Shown piece by piece: positions 50,109 to 59,024 of a stretch of 64,000 bases of DNA. Numbering within the stretch: position 1 is the first letter of the stretch; each line of letters begins with the position of its first letter. The position numbers and the translations under genes were made by a program. The notes under the pieces are model-generated. The model had not been told where the DNA came from. It searched no databases and worked only from the letters and a program-made list of their open reading frames with translations. The stretch covers positions 320,001 to 384,000 of the forward strand of contig CAVSIV010000001.1 in the NCBI GenBank assembly GCA_963728205.1, read 5' to 3'. This DNA is from an uncultured Chloroflexia bacterium (GTDB taxonomy: Bacteria > Chloroflexota > Dehalococcoidia > UBA2979).

Positions 50109-50903
50109 ATGAACGACGTCGACGTCGCGGCCGTCGCCGCGCGTGCCGAGCGGCTGCGGGACCACCATGCCGGCCCGGGCATGCTCGTGCTCCCCAATGC
50201 GTGGGACGCGGCGTCGGCGCGCGTGTTCGCCGCCGCGGGCTTCCCCGCGATCGCCACCACGAGCGGGGGTGTCGCCGGCGCGCTCGGCTACGAGGACCAC
50301 GAGCAGGCGCCGGTCGAGGAGATGCTCGCCGCCGCGCGCCGCATCGTGCGCGCGGTGGAGATCCCGGTGACCGTCGACTTCGAGGCAGGGTACGGGCTCG
50401 CGCCGGAGGACGTGGTCCAGCGGCTGGTCGCGATCGGCGCGGCCGGCATGAACCTCGAGGACACCGATCACCGCGGCGCGGGCGACGGCCTCGTCGACGC
50501 CGAGCGCCAGGCGGAGCGGCTGGCCGCGGTCAGGGCCGCGGCGCGCGCCGCGGGCGCGGACCTCGTGCTGAACGCGCGGGTCGACGTCTTCATCCAGCGA
50601 CGCGGGACGTCCGACGAGCAGCTCGCGGAAGGGCTTCGCCGCGCCCGCCTCTATCGCGAGGCCGGTGCCGACTGCGTGTACCCGATCCTGCTCGGCGACC
50701 CCGCGGCGATCGCCGAGATCGTGCGCGCGGCGGGCGTCGTGAACGTGATGGTGCGGCGCGGCGGGCCGTTGTCGCTCGCCGCGGCCGCGGCCGCCGGTGC
50801 GCGTCGCGTCTCCTACGCGACGAGCCTCTTCCGGGAGACGATGGGCTGGCTCGAGGGCGTCGCGGGCGAGATTGGCGCGGCCGCCGGCGGGCAGTCCGGC
50901 TAG
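50109..50903 (+). CDS. Isocitrate lyase/PEP mutase family protein
   Basis: LPNAWD..SAR, ATTSGGVA, VTVDFEAGYG, GMNLED, LNARVD. Confidence 0.9.
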   Translation: MNDVDVAAVAARAERLRDHHAGPGMLVLPNAWDAASARVFAAAGFPAIATTSGGVAGALGYEDHEQAPVEEMLAAARRIVRAVEIPVTVDFEAGYGLAPEDVVQRLVAIGAAGMNLEDTDHRGAGDGLVDAERQAERLAAVRAAARAAGADLVLNARVDVFIQRRGTSDEQLAEGLRRARLYREAGADCVYPILLGDPAAIAEIVRAAGVVNVMVRRGGPLSLAAAAAAGARRVSYATSLFRETMGWLEGVAGEIGAAAGGQSG

Positions 50904-50968
50904 ACGCGCAACCCGCCGACGCCGGCGCAAGTGCGTGAGCGGCATTCGCGTTACGATCGGCGTCCACC

Positions 50969-51057
50969 GAGAAGGGGAGTAGCCCCCCGCGCGTCATCGT
51001 CAACACGGCCCCCGGGCCCGGTGACGCCCCTCGATCGCGAGGCGGGCAAGACCTTCG
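50969..51057 (+). ncRNA. yybP-ykoY (Mn2+) riboswitch
   Basis: aaggggagtagc..cgtcatcgtcaacacgg..ccggtgacg..ggcaagaccttc directly upstream of terC. Confidence 0.85.
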
Positions 51058-51090
51058 GCTGGCTCGATGGAGTCAACTGGAGGATTGCGC

Positions 51091-52110
51091 ATGCCGCTCG
51101 CACTCGCCGCCTGGTCGGGATTCATCGCGCTCGTCGGAGCACTGCTCGCGCTCGACCTGCTCGTGCTGCATCGGAACGCGCACGCGGTCGTGCTCCGCGA
51201 GGCCGCGGCGTGGAGCGCGTTCTGGATCGGGCTGGGGCTCGCCTTCGGCGGGGTGATCTGGTGGGTGGCGGGCGGGACGGCGGCAGGCGAGTACTTCGCC
51301 GGCTACCTGATCGAGAAGAGCCTCTCGGTCGACAACGTCTTCGTCTTCGTCCTGATCTTCTCGTACTTCGCCGTGCCGGCCGCCTATCAGCACCGCGTGC
51401 TGTTCTGGGGCGTGCTCGGGGCGCTCGTGCTCCGCGGCGCCTTCATCGTCGTTGGCGCGGCGCTGCTCGAGACCTTCCACTGGGTCCTGTACCTGTTCGG
51501 CGCGTTCCTGCTCTATACCGGCGTGAAGATGTTTCGGCACCAGGACCTGGCCATCGATCCGAGCGAGAACCGCGTGCTGCGCTGGCTGCAGCGGCTCGTC
51601 CCGCTCACGACCACTTACCACGGCCAGCGGCTGTTCGCGCGCGAGGCGGGCGTGCGGGTCGCGACGCCGCTGTTCGCGGTGCTGGTGATCATCGAGACCA
51701 CCGACCTCGTGTTCGCCGTCGACTCGATCCCGGCGATCTTCGCCGTTACGCGCGACCCGTTCATCGTGTTCACGTCGAACGTCTTCGCCATCCTCGGGCT
51801 GCGCGCGCTCTACTTCCTGCTCGCGGGGGTTGCCCATCGGTTCATCCATCTGAAGACGGGGCTCGCCGCGATCCTCGCGCTCGTCGGCGTGAAGATGCTG
51901 CTGACCGACCTCTACCACGTGCCGGTCTGGGCCTCGCTCGCGGCGATCGCGGTGATCCTGGCCGTCGCGGTCGGCTGGTCGCTGCGCGCGCGCGTCGAGG
52001 TCGACCGCGTGCACGAGGTTGCCATCCCCGATCCGTTCCGCCTGATCACCGAGCCGCGCGCGGAGCCCGGGAGCGAGCCCGCCGCGAGCCAGGACGCCGC
52101 GGAGGTGTGA
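51091..52110 (+). CDS. TerC/Alx family metal homeostasis membrane protein
   Basis: GYLIEKSLSVDNVFVF, QHRVLFWG, DLVFAVDSIPA, NVFAILGLRALYF. Confidence 0.93.
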   Translation: MPLALAAWSGFIALVGALLALDLLVLHRNAHAVVLREAAAWSAFWIGLGLAFGGVIWWVAGGTAAGEYFAGYLIEKSLSVDNVFVFVLIFSYFAVPAAYQHRVLFWGVLGALVLRGAFIVVGAALLETFHWVLYLFGAFLLYTGVKMFRHQDLAIDPSENRVLRWLQRLVPLTTTYHGQRLFAREAGVRVATPLFAVLVIIETTDLVFAVDSIPAIFAVTRDPFIVFTSNVFAILGLRALYFLLAGVAHRFIHLKTGLAAILALVGVKMLLTDLYHVPVWASLAAIAVILAVAVGWSLRARVEVDRVHEVAIPDPFRLITEPRAEPGSEPAASQDAAEV

Positions 52111-52204
52111 GCCCGGCGTGCGGCCGCTCTCAGGCCGAAGGTCATCCGCGCACCATGACCTTCGTCCTTGTCGGCGTCGGTGAGCGTGCGGCAGTGTGAC
52201 CCAC

Positions 52205-52226
52205 ACCCCCTGGGTGGGGGTACAGT
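52205..52226 (+). promoter_or_regulatory. CsoR/RicR-type G/C-tract operator overlapping a -10 box
   Basis: ACCCCC-TGGGT-GGGGGT then TACAGT, upstream of the copper operon. Confidence 0.6.
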
Positions 52227-52258
52227 GGGGCAAGTGTTGGAGCGAAGGGAGATTCGTG

Positions 52259-52405
52259 ATGGCGAAGGATCCGATCTGTGGGATGACCGTCGACCCGGCG
52301 TCGGCCGCGGGGAAGAGCGAGCACGGCGGCGCGACCTACTACTTCTGCAGCGACCACTGCCGGAAGCAGTTCGAGGCGAAGCCGGCGCAGTACGCGAAGA
52401 GCTGA
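52259..52405 (+). CDS. YHS/TRASH domain small metal-binding protein
   Basis: KDPICGM.V, YYFCS..C...F...P..Y. Confidence 0.88.
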   Translation: MAKDPICGMTVDPASAAGKSEHGGATYYFCSDHCRKQFEAKPAQYAKS

Positions 52406-52435
52406 AGTCCCGGCCGGGGCTGAAGGGCGAGCGCG

Positions 52436-52711
52436 ATGTGGTACGGGTATCACGATGAAGGTCCGTGGGGCCGGCTTGCGATGGTCGTGATGATGGCGCT
52501 GTTCTGGGTGCCGCTGATCGTCGCCGTCGCGTGGCTCGTCGGATGGACTCGTCGCTCGGATCACGGCGGTCCACCGTCGCGCACGCCGGGCGAGGACGAC
52601 CCGCTCGAGATCGCGCGGCGTGCGTACGCGCGCGGCGACCTGCCGCGCGCGCGATACCTCCAGATCGTGGAGGACCTGCGCGGCACGGCGGATCCGCGGG
52701 GCGGCGGGTGA
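52436..52711 (+). CDS. SHOCT domain membrane protein
   Basis: TM helix, DPLEIARRAYARGDL. Confidence 0.8.
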   Translation: MWYGYHDEGPWGRLAMVVMMALFWVPLIVAVAWLVGWTRRSDHGGPPSRTPGEDDPLEIARRAYARGDLPRARYLQIVEDLRGTADPRGGG

Positions 52712-52738
52712 GCGCCTCACGCGTAGTGGAGGTGCACC

Positions 52739-55510
52739 GTGACGGTGGCGGAAGTCCTGGTGTCGGCCGCCGGGGCGGCACTGGCCGCCCTGCTGGCATG
52801 GTTCTTCTTCGCCCCGCGCGAAACGCGCCGGGCGACTGAGCGAGGCGGCGTCCAGGAGATCACGGTCACGGTGCGCGGCGGGTACTCGCCGAGCCTCATC
52901 GAGGTGCGGCCCGGCGTCCCGGTGCGGCTGCTCTTCGACCGCCAGGAGAACAGTGACTGTTCCTCGCGCGTCGTGATCCCCGACTTCCACGTGACGAAGT
53001 CGCTTCCCGCGTTTGCGACCACGGCGGTCGAGTTCACGCCGGAGCGCGCGGGCGAGTTCGGGTTCGCGTGCGGAATGAACATGCTGCACGGGACCCTAGT
53101 CGTGCGCGCCGCCGACGGCGCCAACGCGCCCGGCCCGGAGCGCGCGATCGCAGGGCCCCGCGCGCACGGGGGTGATCACGCCGACCATGCGACTGCGGCG
53201 GCGGTTGGGGTCGGACCCACGGTCCCCGCCGCCGCGGCAGCCACGGCGGCCCTGCGCGAGAGCGAGTTCGCGCTGTTCGGCGGCGGCGTGAACTGCCCGA
53301 CCTGCGTGCGCAACATCGAGGGCGTCGTCGGTGACCTGCGCGGCGTCGACCGCGTCGACGCGAACTTCGCCGCCGAGCGCGTGACGGTGGTGCACGACCC
53401 GGCCGAGATCTCGGCCGAGGACGTCGCTCGCACGATCGAGGCGATGGGGTACCGGGTGCGCGCGCGCACCGAGCCGGGCGCTGCGAAAACCGAGGACGCC
53501 GAGGCCGCCGGGCGCCGCGCGGAGGTGCGCGACCTGGCGCGACGCGTGATCGTCGGCGCGGTGCTGACGGCGCCGGTGCTCTACGCGGTGATGGTCAGCG
53601 ACTTCGTCGACCGCTCGCTCGTGCCGGGGTTCCTGCTGCGGCACTGGGTGCAGTTCGTGCTCGTCACGCCGGTGATGCTCTACACGGGGTGGCCGATCCA
53701 CCGCACCGGGTGGCTGACGCTGCGCCACCGCACCGCCGACATGAACACGCTCGTCACGGTCGGCGCGATCGCGGCGTACGCCTTCAGCGTCGCAGCGACG
53801 TTCGCGCCCGGCGTGCTGCCGGCGAGCGCGCGCGACGTCTACTTCGAGGCGGTGGGGACGATCCTCACGCTGATCCTGCTCGGGCGGCTCCTCGAAGCGC
53901 GCGCCAAGGCCGGCGCCGGCCAGGCGATCCGGCGGCTGATGGGCCTGCAGGCGCGGAGCGCGCGCGTCGTGCGCGACGGCGAGGAGCGCGACGTGCCCAT
54001 CGAGGATGTGCGCGCGGGAGAGCTCGTGATCGTGCGCCCGGGCGAGAAGGTGCCGGTCGACGGCGACGTGGTCGAGGGGCGCTCGACCGTGGACGAGTCG
54101 ATGGTCACCGGCGAGCCGATGGCGGTGACGAAGGAGCCGGGCGCGCGGGTGATCGGCGCGACCATCAACCAGACCGGAACGTTCCGCATGCAGGCGACGC
54201 GCGTGGGACGCGACACGATGCTGTCGCAGATCGTGCGGCTCGTGGAGCAGGCGCAGGGCTCGAAGGCGCCGATTCAGCGGCTGGCCGACGTCGTCGCGAG
54301 CTACTTCGTGCCCGCCGTCCTGTTCGCGGCGATCGCGACGTTCGTTGTGTGGTTCGACGTCGGCCCGGCGCCGGCAGGGACGCACGCACTCGTGGCCGCG
54401 GTCGCGGTCCTGATCATTGCGTGCCCGTGTGCGCTCGGCCTCGCAACGCCGATGTCGATCATGGTCGCGACCGGGAAGGGCGCCGAACGCGGGGTGCTCA
54501 TCCGCTCGGCCGAGGCGCTGGAGACCGCGCAGCGTCTCGGCGCCCTGGTGCTCGACAAGACGGGGACGATCACGCGCGGCGAGCCGGCGCTCACCGACGT
54601 TGTCGCCACCGGCGATGTGCCCGAGGACGAGCTGCTCCGCCTGGTCGCCTCGGCCGAGCGCGCCTCCGAGCACCCGCTCGGGGCGGCGATCGTCGCCGGC
54701 GCGCGCGAACGCGGGCTCGGCCTGGCCGATGCGAGCGACTTCGCGTCGGTGACGGGGAAGGGCATCCGCGTCTCCGTGGACGGCCGCGGCGTGCTCGTGG
54801 GAAATGGCGCGCTGCTCACCGACGCGGCGATCGACATCGCCGCGCTCGAGCCCGAGCGCGACCGACTCGCCGCGGAGGGCAAGACCGCGATGCTCGTCGC
54901 GATCGACGGCCGCCCCGCGGGGGTCGTCGCCGTGGCCGACACGGTCAAGCCGGAGTCGCGCGACGCGATCGCCGCGCTGCGCGCGATGGGACTCGAAGTA
55001 GCGATGATCACCGGCGACCAGCGCAGCACCGCGGAGGCGATCGCGCGGCAGGTCGGCATTGACCGCGTGCTGGCCGAGGTGCTCCCGCAGGACAAGGCGC
55101 TCGAGGTGCGGCGGCTGCAGGACGAGGGCAAGGTCGTCGGCATGGTCGGCGACGGCATCAACGACGCACCTGCGCTGGCGCAGGCCGACGTCGGGATCGC
55201 GATCGGCACCGGGACGGACGTCGCGATCGAGGCGGCGGACGTGACGCTGATTTCCGGCGAGCTCGATGGGGTCGTCACGGCGATCGCGCTCAGCCGCGCG
55301 ACGATGCGAAACATCCGCGAGAACCTCTTCTTCGCGTTCGTCTACAACGCCGTCGGGATCCCGATCGCGGCCGGCGTGCTCTTCCCGTTCGTGGGCGTGC
55401 TGCTCAGCCCGATGATCGCCGCCGCCGCGATGGCGCTGAGCTCGGTATCAGTGGTGACGAACGCGAACCGCCTGCGCCGCTTCCGGCCCGCGCGGGCGAG
55501 CGGCGCGTAA
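52739..55510 (+). CDS. copA: Copper-translocating P1B-type ATPase with N-terminal cupredoxin and HMA domains
   Basis: GGYSP..FACGMNM cupredoxin; CPTC HMA; [30 protein letters not shown]. Confidence 0.93.
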   Translation: MTVAEVLVSAAGAALAALLAWFFFAPRETRRATERGGVQEITVTVRGGYSPSLIEVRPGVPVRLLFDRQENSDCSSRVVIPDFHVTKSLPAFATTAVEFTPERAGEFGFACGMNMLHGTLVVRAADGANAPGPERAIAGPRAHGGDHADHATAAAVGVGPTVPAAAAATAALRESEFALFGGGVNCPTCVRNIEGVVGDLRGVDRVDANFAAERVTVVHDPAEISAEDVARTIEAMGYRVRARTEPGAAKTEDAEAAGRRAEVRDLARRVIVGAVLTAPVLYAVMVSDFVDRSLVPGFLLRHWVQFVLVTPVMLYTGWPIHRTGWLTLRHRTADMNTLVTVGAIAAYAFSVAATFAPGVLPASARDVYFEAVGTILTLILLGRLLEARAKAGAGQAIRRLMGLQARSARVVRDGEERDVPIEDVRAGELVIVRPGEKVPVDGDVVEGRSTVDESMVTGEPMAVTKEPGARVIGATINQTGTFRMQATRVGRDTMLSQIVRLVEQAQGSKAPIQRLADVVASYFVPAVLFAAIATFVVWFDVGPAPAGTHALVAAVAVLIIACPCALGLATPMSIMVATGKGAERGVLIRSAEALETAQRLGALVLDKTGTITRGEPALTDVVATGDVPEDELLRLVASAERASEHPLGAAIVAGARERGLGLADASDFASVTGKGIRVSVDGRGVLVGNGALLTDAAIDIAALEPERDRLAAEGKTAMLVAIDGRPAGVVAVADTVKPESRDAIAALRAMGLEVAMITGDQRSTAEAIARQVGIDRVLAEVLPQDKALEVRRLQDEGKVVGMVGDGINDAPALAQADVGIAIGTGTDVAIEAADVTLISGELDGVVTAIALSRATMRNIRENLFFAFVYNAVGIPIAAGVLFPFVGVLLSPMIAAAAMALSSVSVVTNANRLRRFRPARASGA

Positions 55511-55514
55511 CCGC

Positions 55515-56279
55515 ATGCCCACCACGACGAACGACCCCACGCGGGCGGGCCGGTCGCCCCTCACCGCAGGCAGCGGGGCGCGCGACACTGTGAGCATGTT
55601 CGTCTCGCCGCGCGCCCGCGCCTTGCTGCTCGCCGTCACCGCGATCGCCGTCGCCATGCTGCTCGTGGCCTGCGGGAACACGTCGCCCGGCGGAGCCACC
55701 TCCGGCGGGCCGGGCGGCGGCCCGAGCGGCGGCCCGGGCGGCGGCATGGCGATGGGCGGCGGCATGATGGGCGGCGCGGCCGCAGGGGCGGGCGTAGCGC
55801 CGACCGCGGTCGCGCCCGACGTCGCCTCGCGGCTGGGCGCGGCGGTGCCGGCCGGCGCGACGGCCGATCGCCCGTCGAACACGCTCACGTTCAGCGGCGT
55901 GGCGGTCGACCTCGTGGTGCTGGCCGCGCCGTCGGACGGCCCCGACGAGACCTTCCGCGTTGCCGGGATGACCAACCCGACCATCGTCGTCCCACGCGGG
56001 GCGCACGTCACGGTGGAGCTCGTCAACGCCGATGCCGGCATGCCCCACGACTGGCTCGTGACGACCGCCGCGCCGCCGTACCCCGACGCGATGATGATGG
56101 GCCCGCCCCTCGCGTTCGACGCAGCGACGCCGACGCTCGCGGAGGCATCGAAGACGGCGATGCTCGCGACCGTCGTGACGTTCGATGCCGGCACGCCCGG
56201 TCGCTACACGTACCTGTGCTCGGTGCCGGGCCACGCGCAGGAGGGGATGTATGGCGCGCTCGTCGTCACGAGCAGCTGA
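55515..56279 (+). CDS. Rusticyanin/sulfocyanin-like cupredoxin lipoprotein
   Basis: LVAC lipobox, Gly/Met-rich linker, PHDW and YLCSVPGHAQEGM type-1 Cu ligands; true start may be ATG 55596. Confidence 0.82.
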   Translation: MPTTTNDPTRAGRSPLTAGSGARDTVSMFVSPRARALLLAVTAIAVAMLLVACGNTSPGGATSGGPGGGPSGGPGGGMAMGGGMMGGAAAGAGVAPTAVAPDVASRLGAAVPAGATADRPSNTLTFSGVAVDLVVLAAPSDGPDETFRVAGMTNPTIVVPRGAHVTVELVNADAGMPHDWLVTTAAPPYPDAMMMGPPLAFDAATPTLAEASKTAMLATVVTFDAGTPGRYTYLCSVPGHAQEGMYGALVVTSS

Positions 56280-56473
56280 TCCCGCCGGCTCGCCGGCAGC
56301 TTGCGGCGGGCCGCTCGGTCGCATCGGCTCCACGACGCGCCGCCATGCCGCCACCGCGCGCCGCCTCGAGGTCCGCGGGGGGTCACGCGCTTGACCATCC
56401 GCTCGCGGAGGCGCTCGCGCTGGTAGATCGGCATCCGCTCCAGCGCCTGCGTGACGACCGGGTCCCAGTCCAT
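56204..56473 (-). CDS. Small ORF with PCP-reductase-like N-terminus, possibly a remnant
   Basis: MDWDPVVTQALERMPIYQRERLRE; RBS GGGAG; tail overlaps the cupredoxin gene. Confidence 0.35.
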   Translation of the reverse strand: MDWDPVVTQALERMPIYQRERLRERMVKRVTPRGPRGGARWRHGGASWSRCDRAARRKLPASRRDQLLVTTSAPYIPSCAWPGTEHRYV

Positions 56474-56503
56474 GTCGCTCCCGCCGCCCTGCGGTGACCG
56501 ACG

Positions 56504-57037
56504 CTACTCGAAGTCGGCGAGGACCTCCATCGCCAGGGACTCGTCGCCGAACTGGTCGGACGCCACCGGCAGGGTGAGGCGGAAGTGGTGCGGCCCCTCC
56601 ATGCCGGGGTGCATCATCGTCTCGATCGACAGGGTGGTCGTCTCGCCGGGCTGCAGGGTCGTGGCACCCACGACCGGGTCGGGCGGTCAGCAGCCGTCCA
56701 GCACGGCAATCCCCGCGCGTCCGAGGTGCACGGGCGTCGCGCCCTCGTTCGTCACGCGGAACGCGTGCGCTACCTTGGTGTCGAGTGGCACGCGGCCGAA
56801 GTCGACGCTCGCGGCGTCGACGCGCACGCCGCTCTGACTGAGCACCGTCCCGCTGGCGACGGGCGTGAGGTTGCTGACGGGCGCGTCGCTCATGGAACCG
56901 GTGGCTGCGGGGCCCGCGCCGCCGCGGGTGAGCGCCCACCCGAACAGCAGCGCCACGACCGCCAGCGAGCCGGCCAGCCACCGGGCGCCGCTGTTCGACG
57001 TGCCCCGGCGCCGCGCGTTGCGTCGTCGTCTGCTCAT
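56504..57037 (-). CDS. Predicted selenoprotein: membrane-anchored DUF1573-like Ig-fold protein with C-U motif
   Basis: VDFGRV..HAFRVTNEG..VLDGC*PPDPVVG..LQPGE..MMHPGMEGPHHF..ADFE; the frame stays open 60 codons past TGA 56687-56689. Confidence 0.8.
56657..56675 (-). promoter_or_regulatory. SECIS-like hairpin
   Basis: GGTCGTG-GGTGC-CACGACC, 11 nt after the UGA. Confidence 0.72.
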
Positions 57038-57459
57038 GGGGTCGCCGCCTCCCGGGGCCGCGTCGGCGGTCCCACCTGCGCGAACTGGGCGTCGATGCGC
57101 TGCGCGATCGCCTGCGCGGGGACGCCTTCGCCGTTCCATTGCTCGACCAGAATCGCCTCCGCCTGGCAGATGCCGCAGCCGGCGCCGTGCGGGTCGAATC
57201 CGCCGTCGTCGCGGACGAAGCAGTCGCGCAGCTGCCGATGCTGCAACTCTGGGCCACAGCCGCAGTAGCAGGTGACCTGCTCCGCGAGCGTTTCGTGTGC
57301 GGCAACGAAGCGATACCGGTCGGCGATCTGCGCGGGCTGCGTCGAGAGGTCGAGCGAAGGCGGCGCCGGCGCCGCGCCGGTGCCGCACGATGCGAGCACC
57401 GCGAGCGCTGCGATTGCCGCGAGGGCGACGAGAACGGCTTGGACGCGCGAGGCGTGCAT
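57034..57459 (-). CDS. PCYCGC-motif lipoprotein
   Basis: LASC lipobox; VTCYCGC..H..LRDCF..DPHGAGCGIC; ATGA overlap with the downstream gene. Confidence 0.85.
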   Translation of the reverse strand: MHASRVQAVLVALAAIAALAVLASCGTGAAPAPPSLDLSTQPAQIADRYRFVAAHETLAEQVTCYCGCGPELQHRQLRDCFVRDDGGFDPHGAGCGICQAEAILVEQWNGEGVPAQAIAQRIDAQFAQVGPPTRPREAATP

Positions 57460-57597
57460 CGATGCTCCATCGACCGCGCCCTCGACACGGTGCGGGCGCC
57501 GCGGTCTCCAGCGCGAGTGTTCGCCGCGGCCGTCCCCAGCGCGTCGGGCGGAAGTCCGAACGCCGGTACGACGTCTGGCCAACGCCGTGAGCATGCT

Positions 57598-57978
57598 CTA
57601 CTGCGCCGGTCCGCCGAACCGGCCGCCCATCATCCCGCCGTGCCAGCCCGCGCCGGGGCCGGGGGCCGGCGGGGCGGACGAGCCGTCGCCGGCGGCGCCG
57701 CCGGTCATCCAGCTCCACATCTGCTCGAACGTGCGCTGGCCGTGAAACTGGTCCATCCACTCGTGCATCGCGTCGAGGTCAAACGTGCCGTCGCCGGTGA
57801 GAAACGGACAGCCCCACCCGGGCGCCGGCGTCGCGGTCGCCTGCGCCACCGCGGTGGCCTGCGTTGCCTGCCCCGGCGAGCCCGCCGCGAGCGCGCCCGT
57901 CGAGGCTGCGCCGATGCCGAGCGCGCCGACGAGCATCCCGATTGCGACCGCGGTGACGACCAGGTTCCCGCGACTCAT
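57598..57978 (-). CDS. Secreted Met/His/Gly-rich small protein
   Basis: Signal peptide; AMHEWMDQFHG..FEQM..WM, GWHGGMMGG; RBS GAGGGGAG. Confidence 0.7.
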   Translation of the reverse strand: MSRGNLVVTAVAIGMLVGALGIGAASTGALAAGSPGQATQATAVAQATATPAPGWGCPFLTGDGTFDLDAMHEWMDQFHGQRTFEQMWSWMTGGAAGDGSSAPPAPGPGAGWHGGMMGGRFGGPAQ

Positions 57979-58336
57979 GGTGTGCTCCCCTCACGGCGCA
58001 GCCGCCTGCACCGCCGAGGGGAACGTCGCGCGCTCGTGTGAATGTTCTGTGAAGACGTCGGAGGTGCGGGGGGGAGGCATGCGGGGACGGTGCGCGGGAT
58101 GCGAACGAGCCGCCCGTTGGCCGGGCGGTGGGCTTCTCAGGCCCCTGGCGCTGGCGGGGCTGACTCATCCGGCGCCCGCCGTCCGCGCGATCCCCCACCT
58201 TGCGGCAGCACTGCTCGCACGGCCCGGAACGGAAGCGGTGATCGCTTCCGGGCGAGCCGCTGCATGCCTGCGGATTGCCTATTGCCTCGCCCCGTCAGGG
58301 GAGGAGGCGAGACGAGACGGCATGCGGTGGTAGGCG

Positions 58337-58421
58337 CGGAGGGGGTGGGATTCGAACCCACGGTGGCTTGCGCCACGGCGGTTTTCAAGACCGCTCCCTT
58401 CAACCACTCGGGCACCCCTCC
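58337..58421 (-). tRNA. tRNA-Ser (anticodon TGA)
   Basis: GGAGGGG/CCCCTCC acceptor stem, anticodon arm GCGGT-CTTGAAA-ACCGC, long variable arm, GGTTCGAATCC; CCA not encoded. Confidence 0.95.
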
Positions 58422-58475
58422 GGGACCACATCGTACGTGCCGCTTCCGCCGCGCGCGCGGGTGCCCGGCGGCCGC

Positions 58476-58859
58476 TTAGTCCTCTCCGGTCATCGCCACG
58501 GTGATCAGCAGCGCCGACTCTTCCGTCGCCGTCAGCGAGTGAGGCACCCCGGCCTTCACGACGGCGATGCGCCCGGCGGGCAGCACCTCCTCGCGGCCGC
58601 CCGCGTGCAGCCGCACCGCACCGTCCAGCACCTGGATCGAAGCGGCGCCGCGGATCGCATGCTCCGACAGCTCCGCGCCGCGCGCGATCACCGTGAGCAC
58701 CACGTTCAGCCCCTGCTCCTTCACCAGCGCGATGCCGTTGCGCTCGCGGCCCTCCGGGATCGGCCGCAGCGCCGCCACGCGCTCGGCGAGGTCGCTCACC
58801 ATCTCGTCGCCTGCGAGCTGGTGGTCATCGAGGTAGGCGTGTCCGCCGTCGGTCGTCAT
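58476..58859 (-). CDS. Cupin domain protein
   Basis: G.ELSEH....AASIQVLDG, AGVPHSLTA.EESALLIT. Confidence 0.85.
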   Translation of the reverse strand: MTTDGGHAYLDDHQLAGDEMVSDLAERVAALRPIPEGRERNGIALVKEQGLNVVLTVIARGAELSEHAIRGAASIQVLDGAVRLHAGGREEVLPAGRIAVVKAGVPHSLTATEESALLITVAMTGED

Positions 58860-59024
58860 GTGCGCTCTCCGATCGTCGCTGCGCGTGCCGGGCGGCGCGA
58901 CCGCCGCGCGCCCACCGGCCGTTGTGGTCACGATCTCCAGGCTAGACCCGGCTGCGAAGTGTCCCGCGGGGAGTGCGAAGGTGAGTCGGAGGACGGCGTG
59001 TCGTCCGCTCGCCGGACGGGAGCG

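Noticed and set aside
58337-58421. tRNA-Sec serving the nearby UGA codons
   Set aside because: Anticodon is TGA (reads UCA, Ser), not TCA, and the acceptor stem is the normal 7 bp
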